NCBI GenBank assembly: GCA_964409245.1
Contig: CAYPCQ010000038.1
Location: 1,105-65,104, forward strand
Source: an uncultured Verrucomicrobiota bacterium
GTDB taxonomy: Bacteria; Verrucomicrobiota; Verrucomicrobiia; Limisphaerales; UBA1319
Reading direction: 5' to 3'
Length of the DNA stretch: 64,000 bases
Each line of letters begins with the position of its first letter. The stretch's first letter is position 1. The notes under the pieces were generated by a model. That model did no database searches. It was given only the letters and a program-made list of their open reading frames with translations, and had not been told where the DNA came from. A program made the position numbers and the translations under genes. Shown in pieces: positions 8,254 to 17,088 of this stretch.

Positions 8254-10167
8254 CTATTCGAGCAATATGGCGCGATAGATGCGCACGGTTTGGGGCTGGA
8301 GGTTCGGATCCAAGACCGGGACCGCGGCGGGGTCATTGAGGACCGAACCGACCGGCACCCAAGTTTTGCCCAAATCATTGGAGGCATCGATCCGGTATTT
8401 GGCGCCCTCGACACCCACCACGGGGATTTCCACCTGGCCATTGGGTTTCACGCGCAAATGCCCCAGTTTGCTGGTGGAATGGGCCACCAGATCGATCGCC
8501 ACATTCTGGCCATCGAACGAGGCCGTGCCCTGGAAGGAGACTGGCCCTTTGGCGCCTTTGGGCGGCATCGCTTCATAAGTCAAGGTGCGTGGTTTGGCAT
8601 CGAGGAAAGGCCCCCATTTGATCATTTGATTGACCGTATCCACAGCGCCGCTTTCGTTGATGTCCTGGGTTTCCCAACCGGCGGGGATTTTTTCTTCGAC
8701 TGCGTATCCCGCCACGGTGGGCACCGGTTTCACCAGCAAAGCGACTTTGAAAGGAACCGTGGGCACATATTTGTCCGGCGTTTGATCGGTCACCAGGTTT
8801 TCGCCGGGGGCGCTCATGGGGGTGAGGTGCGGGCGGCCCGATCCATCATAGCTGCCCGAACCAGTGGCCGGAACCCACCACAAGGGGGCCGAGGCCACCG
8901 CCGGATTCACCCGGTAGGACTCATTGGCTTTCCACAGCGCGACCGCCCGCGTGACATAGTCGATCAGAATCGGTGAAGGCGGAACGGGCCACGCCTGGCC
9001 GCGCTTCCAGGCGGCGCCGTAGGCGGTCACTTCATCCATGGTTATTTTCCAGTCGCTGGGGTTGTTGTCGGCCGGATGATATTGGATGATGCTCAAGGTG
9101 GCAGCGCCACCCACCGCGCTGCTGAAGCCTTCGGCGGAGCCGGTGCCGGTGAAGCTGGCGGTCGCGGCGGCGGTGGCCGGCACGGTCAGCTCATAGGTGA
9201 GGTTGCGGGCGGTGGCATCGAAGAAGGCGCCGAAACGCACTTTGCCCCCGGCAAACGAGCCGCCTTCATTGATGGCTCCGACCACCCAGCCCGCGGGAGG
9301 AACCTCTTCAACCGCGTAGGCCGCCACGCTCAAATTGGCGGGAAAGCTGGCCGCCAGGGTTACCGTTATTTTTTGCCCAGGCGCAGCGCCGGCGGGCAAC
9401 TTGCGGGTCACGAAGGAGATCATCCGCACGGTCAAAACCGCGCCGCGGGTGGTGGCGGATCCCCCGCCAGTGCCGCTGACGGTGCAGGAATAGACGCCCC
9501 GCAGGGAGAATTGGACCGGAGTGAGGGTCAAAGTGGCACTGGTAGCCCCCGCAACCGGCTGGTCATCCTTTTTCCATTGGTAGGTGAGGCCGGTGCCCGT
9601 GGCGACGACCCGGAAAGTCGCCGTTCCCATGACATCCGCCGTCAAATCGGCGGGCTGGGTCGTGATCTGGACGGGCGGAACCGTTTGCGTCGTAATCAGC
9701 AAATTCGCCGGCATCCGCAATACGGGTCCGGACGGGGGCATGGGCGGCACTGACGCTTCATTCCAAGAACCCGTGGCCTGGGTCCAGCCGGCCGTTTCCC
9801 CTTTTTCGGTGGCCGTGGCATAGGGGGAGGGGCCTTTCCAAGCCCGCAGGACGAACTGGGCCTGGCCGCCCGGCGCCACTCCGGTCACCACCCCGCAACC
9901 GCCGTCAAAATAACCCGGGGCACTCAGCTGAATTATGGAAACGGTGGAGCCAGCCACCGTCACCGGATTCAGGGCGCCCCCCACCGGGCCGCCCATTAGC
10001 TGCATATAAATCTGCTGGCCGGTGGGCGCCAAAGTTCCCACGGTGCGGTAGTAGATCACTTTGGCGGCATCGTAATTGTTCAAGAGCACAGTCGCCTGTG
10101 CGGCACGCAATTCATGGCTGGCAACGGCCAGCAGAGACATTAAAACCGGGAGTAATTTGAGATTCAT
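8254..10167 (-). CDS. Secreted multidomain surface protein: N-terminal domain, Ig domain, two related beta-sandwich repeats and a C-terminal module
   Basis: Signal peptide from ATG 10167. Ig motif 'ITTQPAD...ATFRVVATGTGLTYQWKK...GVYSCTVS'. The motif 'YAVEExxPAGW...INExG...GxFxDAxxRxLTYE' occurs twice. Confidence 0.8.
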   Translation of the reverse strand: MNLKLLPVLMSLLAVASHELRAAQATVLLNNYDAAKVIYYRTVGTLAPTGQQIYMQLMGGPVGGALNPVTVAGSTVSIIQLSAPGYFDGGCGVVTGVAPGGQAQFVLRAWKGPSPYATATEKGETAGWTQATGSWNEASVPPMPPSGPVLRMPANLLITTQTVPPVQITTQPADLTADVMGTATFRVVATGTGLTYQWKKDDQPVAGATSATLTLTPVQFSLRGVYSCTVSGTGGGSATTRGAVLTVRMISFVTRKLPAGAAPGQKITVTLAASFPANLSVAAYAVEEVPPAGWVVGAINEGGSFAGGKVRFGAFFDATARNLTYELTVPATAAATASFTGTGSAEGFSSAVGGAATLSIIQYHPADNNPSDWKITMDEVTAYGAAWKRGQAWPVPPSPILIDYVTRAVALWKANESYRVNPAVASAPLWWVPATGSGSYDGSGRPHLTPMSAPGENLVTDQTPDKYVPTVPFKVALLVKPVPTVAGYAVEEKIPAGWETQDINESGAVDTVNQMIKWGPFLDAKPRTLTYEAMPPKGAKGPVSFQGTASFDGQNVAIDLVAHSTSKLGHLRVKPNGQVEIPVVGVEGAKYRIDASNDLGKTWVPVGSVLNDPAAVPVLDPNLQPQTVRIYRAILLE

Positions 10168-10308
10168 ATTTTGAGTGGCTTGAGATTCCAGGTTAGTAAC
10201 GTTAACCGTGATGGGTAATATATAACATCCGAACTCGCCAGTCAAACTAAATCGCAGATTCAAAGCACGCGGCGCCGCGTGGGACAGCGCCCCCGGGAAC
10301 CGGACACG

Positions 10309-10332
10309 AAAAAGGCCGGCGCAAAGCCGGCC
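10309..10332 (-). terminator. Intrinsic terminator downstream of the Gfo/Idh/MocA gene
   Basis: On the minus strand, a GGCCGGC-TTTGC-GCCGGCC hairpin is followed by TTTTT, about 45 bp after the stop codon. Confidence 0.65.
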
Positions 10333-10376
10333 CGGATGGATGGGGACATTAGTCCCTGGTGGCCAACCCCTGGCAC

Positions 10377-11729
10377 CTAAACGGTCTCAGGCGTGGGATG
10401 CACCCAGGGGGCACGATAGGGACGCAGCAGCAGGCGGTTGGCCTCCTCGTCCCCGGCCACGCGCCCCGCAGCCTGGTCCCAGCTCAAGGAGCGGCCAAGT
10501 TTGGCCGAGAGGTTGGCCAGGATGCAGGAGGCGGTGGAGATAAAGCCTTGCTCGATATCCGCCACCGGCTTGCCCCGGGTTTCGATGGCCGCCAGCAGGT
10601 CTTTCATGTGCCAGCGGACAGCGGAAGCGCAATGTTTCTCCAGGTCTTTTTCCGTGCGGTCCTCGGGATAGCGCTCATATTCATAGAGCGGCTCGCCCTG
10701 GGCGGCCGGTTTATCCTGGCCCTGCGGGAAGAACTCATAGTTGAACACGCTGGCCTTGAGGGTGCCTTTGTCGCCGTAGAAGGTCGCCGCCCACGGGTAT
10801 TTGGGATCCGGGGCCTGGCCCCACATGCGGTGCTGCCAAACCACCTGGAGGTTGCCAAAATCGAAGGTGGCGGTCTGGGTGTCGGTGGTGTTGGCACGAC
10901 TTTTCTTATCGATCAGGATGCCGCCGGTGGAACTGACATGCAGCGGCCAGCCCAAGTCCAGCATCCAGCGCACCATGTCCAGCATGTGGATGCACATGTC
11001 CCCCACAATGCCATTGCTGTATTCCATGAACGCCCGCCAGCCGCGCGGGTGGATCAGGCGGTTGAAGGGCATCATGGGCGCGGGCCCCACCCACATATCG
11101 TAATCCAGGTATTCGGGGGGGGCGGTGTCCGGCGGATTATCCCGGGCGCGCATATGCCAGTAGCAGCAGATTTCGACCAGCCCGACAGTGCCGAGCTTGC
11201 CTTCCTTGATGATGCGGTCCCGCGCTTCGATCAGGTGCGGGGTGCTCCGCCGCTGGGTGCCCACCTGGACCACGCGTTTGTATTTGCGGGCGGCGGCGAG
11301 CATGGCCTGCCCCTCCACCACATCGATGCTGACGGGCTTTTGCACGTACACATCGGCGCCGCCTTTGACGGCCTCGATCATCGGCAGGGTGTGCCAGTGG
11401 TCCGGGGCGCCGATCAGGACAAGGTCGAGATCCTTCTCCTTGAGCATCTCGCGGTAATCCTTGTAGAGGCGCGGCTTCTTTTTGGAGGCCTGCCGGCTGG
11501 CGACGATCTCAGCCGCCTCGTTGAGCATGCGCTGGTCCACGTCGCACAGGGAGACCACCTCCACCGGCGCCACCTGGATCAGCCGCAGGAGGTCGCACTT
11601 GCCATACCAGCCAGCGCCAATCAACCCCACCCGGCGGGGCTGCGCGTCAGCATAGGTTGAAGATAGGTTGCCGATGGCGGAACAGGCCAGGCCAGCGGCG
11701 CTCTTTTGCAGAAATTGTCGGCGATTCAT
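10377..11729 (-). CDS. Tat-exported Gfo/Idh/MocA family NAD-dependent oxidoreductase
   Basis: MNRRQFL twin-arginine signal, GLIGAGWYG Rossmann motif, PDHWH, YVQKP, QVGTQRRS, GDMCIHMLD. Confidence 0.93.
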   Translation of the reverse strand: MNRRQFLQKSAAGLACSAIGNLSSTYADAQPRRVGLIGAGWYGKCDLLRLIQVAPVEVVSLCDVDQRMLNEAAEIVASRQASKKKPRLYKDYREMLKEKDLDLVLIGAPDHWHTLPMIEAVKGGADVYVQKPVSIDVVEGQAMLAAARKYKRVVQVGTQRRSTPHLIEARDRIIKEGKLGTVGLVEICCYWHMRARDNPPDTAPPEYLDYDMWVGPAPMMPFNRLIHPRGWRAFMEYSNGIVGDMCIHMLDMVRWMLDLGWPLHVSSTGGILIDKKSRANTTDTQTATFDFGNLQVVWQHRMWGQAPDPKYPWAATFYGDKGTLKASVFNYEFFPQGQDKPAAQGEPLYEYERYPEDRTEKDLEKHCASAVRWHMKDLLAAIETRGKPVADIEQGFISTASCILANLSAKLGRSLSWDQAAGRVAGDEEANRLLLRPYRAPWVHPTPETV

Positions 11730-11908
11730 GGCCCCCCTTTTATTCTGAATCCCCGGCCTATGGCAAGCAGGATTAAAAAGGGCGGCCAGCGGCCGGCGGC
11801 GGATCCGCCCCATTATTCCGGCGCCGGTCCGCCACCGGCTTATGGAATTACCCTCCTGCGCGGTTCCTTTTCCCCCTGCCAGCCTCGCGCACGGATCCGG
11901 CTGCCTGG

Positions 11909-12286
11909 CTATTGGGCGGCCGCCAAAGTATGCATCTTTAATTCATTATCCGCGGCCGAATAGTTGGGGCATTGCGGCGTCGCGCCGACCGTCGTGAGGA
12001 CGTAATCGGCGGAACTTGCCGCGCATTTCGGCGTGGTCTTCAGATAATTGGGGATCAAGCGGCCCAAGTCGCAAGGATCACCGTCCTTCATTTTATTTTC
12101 AACGGCCCAGCATTCCATGGCGCCTTCCAGTTGCTTGAGCGAGGCGATGCAGGTTTTGGCTTGCGCCGTGGCGCGGTAGCGCATGAAGTTTGGCACGCCA
12201 ATGGCCGCCACAAAGCCGATGATGGCCGCGACGACCATCACTTCCACGAGCGTAAAGCCGGAGGTTTTGGTGATTTTGATATCCAT
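11909..12286 (-). CDS. Small type IV pilin / pseudopilin (prepilin N-terminal cleavage-methylation motif)
   Basis: 'SG|FTLVEVMVVAAIIGFVAAIGVPNF' followed by a Cys-containing short globular domain. Confidence 0.9.
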   Translation of the reverse strand: MDIKITKTSGFTLVEVMVVAAIIGFVAAIGVPNFMRYRATAQAKTCIASLKQLEGAMECWAVENKMKDGDPCDLGRLIPNYLKTTPKCAASSADYVLTTVGATPQCPNYSAADNELKMHTLAAAQ

Positions 12287-12730
12287 ACGACAGTCTTTCT
12301 CCTGCACCCTCACCCGGGATCAGGGAAAATCCCACCCCAATGAACCCGTCAGCGCGCTCCTGGCCGCCTTGGCCAATCCCCACCCCAACCAAGTCCACCG
12401 GACCCTATAATCCTCAGGCTGTGCATCGGAAACGCTATCAGATATGCCAGGGGATAAAACAAATCATTTTACCCTTTAAAAGGTAGTTTCAAGGCACTCA
12501 TACGCCCACTGTGCAATAGATAAAAAGCGTCTGCCACCACGACCGAGCCGGAGGGCAGAAGCGGCCAGAGCGCGCAACTCCGCTGCCTAAAGCCCTGGTG
12601 TTGAACCATTAAAAACTGACACGCATCGCATTAAATGACTCACTATCAACTGGTTGCAAGGCCAAACCACCAGCCAAAATAACTTCTGGTTGAAAAACTT
12701 GAGCCAGGAGTTGCGATGCCTTTGCCAGGA

Positions 12731-13038
12731 ATGCAGGCCTGATTTCCGGTGGCAATTCATCGCGCCTTCGGGCGGAAAAACTCAAGGTCATAGGACAACC
12801 CAGCATTTACGCGGAGGATGTCCGCGCTTTGCCCGACAGCACCATCACCTTTGAGCCGATCCATCCGCAGGATCTCCAGACCGCCCTGGAACTCCAAAAG
12901 CTGCATGGCCTGCTGACGAACGACTCGCTCAACCTCGCCACCGCCAAACGCCTCGGCATTCAGAGTATTGCCACTGCGGACAAGAGCTTTGACACGGTTC
13001 AAGGCGTTATCGTTTATCGACCCACCGATATTGCATAA
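12731..13038 (+). pseudogene. PIN-domain (VapC-like) toxin, 5'-truncated relic
   Basis: 'AGLISGGN...IYAEDVRAL...QKLHGLLTNDSLNLATAKRLGIQSIATADKSFD' is a PIN C-terminal half. The N-terminal DxN motif is missing. Confidence 0.75.
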
Positions 13039-13172
13039 CCCCTTGAAAAACCTATGGTTTTCGAGCCAGAACCCGAGCCAGCTTGCGGCCCGCGGCCACG
13101 TGTGTTACTGGAGAAACCGGGTTTGGATAAGCCTTGGTATCAGGAGGCGGGCATGGCACAATGGCGCCACGC

Positions 13173-14369
13173 ATGAAAAACCAGAATGCCATCAATCGGC
13201 GGGAATTCATCCAGCAATCGACCGCGGCCGGCGCGCTCCTGGCCACGGCTGCGCTTTGCCCGGAACCGTCCAGCGCCCAAAACGCCCCACGGGTGAGCCG
13301 GGACAAGGTGCGCGTGGGACTGATCGGCTGCGGGAACGTTTCCGGATCCTACCTGCCCAGCTTGACGAAGCAGCCATTCATCGAGGTGGCAAGCGTGTGC
13401 GACATCCGTCCGGAACGGGCGCGCAACCGGGCGGCCCAGTTCAAGGTGCCACATCATTATCCCCACCTGGACGCGATGCTGGCGGGAGTGGAATTTGATT
13501 TGCTGGTCAACACCACTTCCATGCCGTCGCATTATCCGGTGAACCGAAAGGCCCTGGAGGCCGGAAAGCATGTTTGGAGCGAAAAACCGATGGCCACGGA
13601 GGTGGCGCAAGGCCGGGAGCTGCTGGAACTGGCCCGAAAGCAGGGGGTGGGATTCTGGGCGGCCCCCAATTGCGTGACGAGCCCGCAGTTCAAGTTCATG
13701 GCCCAACAAATCGCGGGTGGAAAGCTGGGCCAGGTGACCGCGGCCCACGGAACCTATGGGCACAACGGACCTGGCTGGTCGGGCTGGTTTTACCAAAAAG
13801 GCGGGGGGTCTTTGTACGACCTGGGGGTTTATAATGTCACCACGCTGACCGGTTTATTCGGGCCGGTGACGCAGGTGGTGGGGATGACCGGCACCTTATA
13901 CCCCACGCGCAAGGTGGAGGATCTTGGGGAAGTGCGGGTGGAGGCGGACGAGAACACGATGCTGATCATGCGGCACGCCCAGGGCACCCTGTCCCACGTG
14001 CAGACCGGTTTTGGTTACCTGGATGGGGAACACCTGCCGGGACGGGACCGCAAGCTTTACACAATGGACATCACCGGCACCCGGGGAACGATGCACCTGC
14101 AAGGGTGGGATTGGGGCCCCGCCGGGGTGGATGTGGCCACGGCAGAGCTGATGGAGCTGGAGACGCAATGCCGGGAACCCTGGAAATACGAGTGGGTGGG
14201 CGGCGCGGCCTACACGGCCGAATGCCTGCTGGCGGGACGGCCCAGCCTGATCACCCCCAAGCATGGCCTGCATGTGCTGGAAGTGATGAATGCCTGCCAT
14301 GAATCCCAGCGGACCGGGCGGCGGGTGGCGGTCGAATCAAAATTCCCCTGGCCCATCATCACCGCATGA
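13173..14369 (+). CDS. Tat-exported Gfo/Idh/MocA family oxidoreductase
   Basis: INRREF Tat motif, GLIGCGNVS, GKHVWSEKP, GGGSLYDLGVY. The stop overlaps the next start (ATGA). Confidence 0.93.
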   Translation: MKNQNAINRREFIQQSTAAGALLATAALCPEPSSAQNAPRVSRDKVRVGLIGCGNVSGSYLPSLTKQPFIEVASVCDIRPERARNRAAQFKVPHHYPHLDAMLAGVEFDLLVNTTSMPSHYPVNRKALEAGKHVWSEKPMATEVAQGRELLELARKQGVGFWAAPNCVTSPQFKFMAQQIAGGKLGQVTAAHGTYGHNGPGWSGWFYQKGGGSLYDLGVYNVTTLTGLFGPVTQVVGMTGTLYPTRKVEDLGEVRVEADENTMLIMRHAQGTLSHVQTGFGYLDGEHLPGRDRKLYTMDITGTRGTMHLQGWDWGPAGVDVATAELMELETQCREPWKYEWVGGAAYTAECLLAGRPSLITPKHGLHVLEVMNACHESQRTGRRVAVESKFPWPIITA

Positions 14370-16069
14370 AACGCCGTTTAACCCTATTACTGATGATGGC
14401 CGGGCTGGGATGGGGGAGCCAGCCCCCAGCGCCAGCCCCGGCCACTATTCCCGCCGCTATAGCGCCGCGCCTCCCGGCGCAGCAGGATGAAACCGGATTC
14501 CAGGATCTGTTTGGGACCGGGGCCGAGGATGGCTGGCGGCAATGCGGCCCGGGCCATTTCACGCTGGAAAACGGCGTGGCCACCGGCCACGGCGGCATGG
14601 GTTTGTGGTGGCATACCCGCCGCCCTTACACCAACTTCGTGCTGCGGGGCGAATGGCTGCAGGAGCAGGACCTCGCCGATTCGGGGATCTTTGTGCGTTT
14701 TCCGGACCCGAAAAACGATCCCTGGGTGGCCGTCCACCAAGGGCATGAAATGGAAATCGGCGACGCGGCTCCGCGGGATCCCACCTGGCGGACGGGAGCC
14801 ATCTACCCATTCAGCGCGCCTACCTCCGTGCCGGTCCAGCCGCATGGGCAATGGAACCGCTACGAGCTGGCCTGCGTCAACCAAACTTACATCGTGCGGA
14901 TCAATGGCCAGACGGTGAACGCATGGACCGATCCCCAGCGCCGGAGCCGGTCCGGCTATATCGGCCTGCAGAATTACGCGGATGGCAAAACCGTGCGCCA
15001 CCGGAAGCTGCGCATCCGGGAACTGCCCGCCGGCGACGATGGCGGGCCATCCCCGCTGGTCCACGCGTTTTACTATCCGTGGTATGGCAACCCGGAAACC
15101 GATGGCCGCTGGGCCAATTGGAATCACCCGGTGGCGGTGCGCCAGGGGCCGCCCAAAGCTTTTCCCGGCGGGGAGGACATCGGCTCCAACTTTTATCCCC
15201 AGCTGGGCATTTACAGCTCCAACAACCCCAACGACCTGGAAAAGCACTTCCAATTCCTCAAGCAGGCGCGCGTGGGGGTGATCTGCGCCTCCTGGTGGGG
15301 CAAGGGCACCTACACGGACCAGGCGCTGCCCCGCTTGTTCGCCCTGGCGGAGAAACACGGCCTCCAAATCAACTTTCACCTGGAACCTTTTCCCAACCGG
15401 AACGCCGCCACCACCTTGGAAGCCATCCGTTATTTGCTGGACCGCCATGGCACTTCACCGGCGCTGTGCCGCCTGCCCGCCCGGAGCAACCGGCCGATGT
15501 TTTACGTGTATGATTCCTACCTGTCCCCGGCGGCGGAATGGTCCCGGCTGCTGGCGCCCGGCGGCCCCCAAAGCATCCGGGGCACAGCCTATGATGCGGT
15601 GGTCATCGGTTTATGGGTGAAAGAGCGGGAAGCGGAGTTCATGGTTCAAGGTGGCTTTGACGGATTTTACACCTACTTTGCCACAGACGGTTTCACCTAT
15701 GGATCGAGCACCGCCAACTGGCGGAAACTGGCGGATTGGGCGAGGGACCGAGGCCTGCTGTTCATCCCCTGTGTGGGCCCCGGCTATGTGGACACCCGGA
15801 TCCGGCCATGGAACGGCGCCAATACGCGGTCCCGGGAGGAGGGCGGCTATTACGACCGCTGCTTCGCGGCCGCCATCGGCAGCCAGCCCGCTTTGGTGGC
15901 TATCACCTCCTTCAACGAATGGCACGAGGGCACCCAGATCGAGCCGGCGGCGCCCAAGACCATTCCCGGCTTTGTTTACCAGGATTACCGCCCCCGGCCG
16001 GCGGATTATTATCTGAAACGCACGGCCTGGTGGGTGGGAAAATTCGATCCACCTCCCAGGGAGCAGTGA
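14366..16069 (+). CDS. Secreted fusion of DUF1080 (3-keto-glycoside-acting family) and GH99 endo-alpha-mannosidase/mannanase
   Basis: The N-domain has 'DSGIFVR...HEMEI...TGAIY...GQWNRYE...SGYIGLQN'. The C-domain has 'HAFYYPWYG', 'SNFYPQLG.YSS', 'GFDGFYTYFA' and 'ITSFNEWHEGTQIEPA'. Confidence 0.9.
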   Translation: MKRRLTLLLMMAGLGWGSQPPAPAPATIPAAIAPRLPAQQDETGFQDLFGTGAEDGWRQCGPGHFTLENGVATGHGGMGLWWHTRRPYTNFVLRGEWLQEQDLADSGIFVRFPDPKNDPWVAVHQGHEMEIGDAAPRDPTWRTGAIYPFSAPTSVPVQPHGQWNRYELACVNQTYIVRINGQTVNAWTDPQRRSRSGYIGLQNYADGKTVRHRKLRIRELPAGDDGGPSPLVHAFYYPWYGNPETDGRWANWNHPVAVRQGPPKAFPGGEDIGSNFYPQLGIYSSNNPNDLEKHFQFLKQARVGVICASWWGKGTYTDQALPRLFALAEKHGLQINFHLEPFPNRNAATTLEAIRYLLDRHGTSPALCRLPARSNRPMFYVYDSYLSPAAEWSRLLAPGGPQSIRGTAYDAVVIGLWVKEREAEFMVQGGFDGFYTYFATDGFTYGSSTANWRKLADWARDRGLLFIPCVGPGYVDTRIRPWNGANTRSREEGGYYDRCFAAAIGSQPALVAITSFNEWHEGTQIEPAAPKTIPGFVYQDYRPRPADYYLKRTAWWVGKFDPPPREQ

Positions 16070-16814
16070 TCCAGAAGACGATCAGAGCCGGACTTGGGCG
16101 AGGTAGATGGCGGTTTTGCCCTCGTGGCTTGAAAAATAGCTGACCCACAACAAACCAGCGTGCCAAACCAGGCCGGGGTAGCTGGCATCCCCGCCGGAGG
16201 GGAGCTTGAGGAATTCGGTGAGGGCCGGTTTCTGCCAATCCAGCCACGCCAGCGCGGTGCGCACCTGGCCGTCATACAAACGGACGGCCGCCACCAGGCG
16301 CGCGTCCGGCAGGCGGATCAGCTGCAGGCCGCCGATTTTGACACCGAGATCGCGCCACTGCCATTGCGTGTACGGCGGAGCGGCGATCCCCAATTGGCCG
16401 GAGGCCTTTTCGCCATCCCGGCGCAGCAGGCACAGCACGGTGTCGTCGGGCAGGAAGGCCAGGCCGGTTTCATTGGGGTAACCTTCGGAGAACAGGTTCG
16501 GCACGGGGGATTTGAACTGGCGGCCATCCGGGCTGGCATACCAGCGGATGAACCGTTCGCCGAGGGTATCATAACCCACTCCATAGGCGGCCTCCTTGTG
16601 CCAGACGATGCGCCACAGCCATTGGTTCACCTCGGCCACGGGAACCGGCTCGCCCCACTGGCGGCCATCGTCCGAAAACCAGACCAGGGACTGATGTTTG
16701 CCAGCCGCGGGCTGGTGCAACGCGCCCGCGGCGCTCAAGTAAAGCCGGCCCTGGGAGGTGACCGTGATTTTGGGATCACGGAGATCCGCCGTGGGGGAAG
16801 CCAGCCGGGCGGCG
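16015..16814. repeat. ~800 bp near-identical direct repeat, copy 1 (copy 2 at 31902-32701)
   Basis: Constant offset of 15887. Internal ORF translations are identical in both copies, and the mismatches I can see lie near the ends. Confidence 0.95.
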
Positions 16815-17023
16815 TTCGGCCCGATGGGATCCGCCTTCGCCGCCGCCGTGCTCGTCACCGCTCCCGCCAATCCGGCGGCGGCTGGCGAACCGGGCAACGC
16901 CGGGGGGGCCGCCGCCCGGATGGCGCAAATCACAACCCTGCCCAAGGCCGCCATCAGCGCCAGGACGCAGCGCCAATTTGCGTTGCCATATTCCGCGGGG
17001 GAGCGGAGCCGGCACCGCAACAC
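16082..17023 (-). pseudogene. Chimeric, 5'-truncated copy of the BNR/sialidase-like gene fused to an unrelated Ala-rich leader
   Basis: Identical to the 31969-32952 product from 'AARLASPTADLRDPK' onward. It lacks the N-terminal 'HNAFTDL...FREG' blade. Confidence 0.75.
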
Positions 17024-17088
17024 ACAGCGCTTTGTGGGAAGGGATTATTCGCGGTTCACTGCGTAACGGGTGGTAGACACGGTTTCCG

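Noticed and set aside
12330-12360. AACCCGTCAGC, resembling the 3' part of a c-di-AMP riboswitch
   Set aside because: The other consensus elements are missing and it is on the strand opposite the pilin gene.
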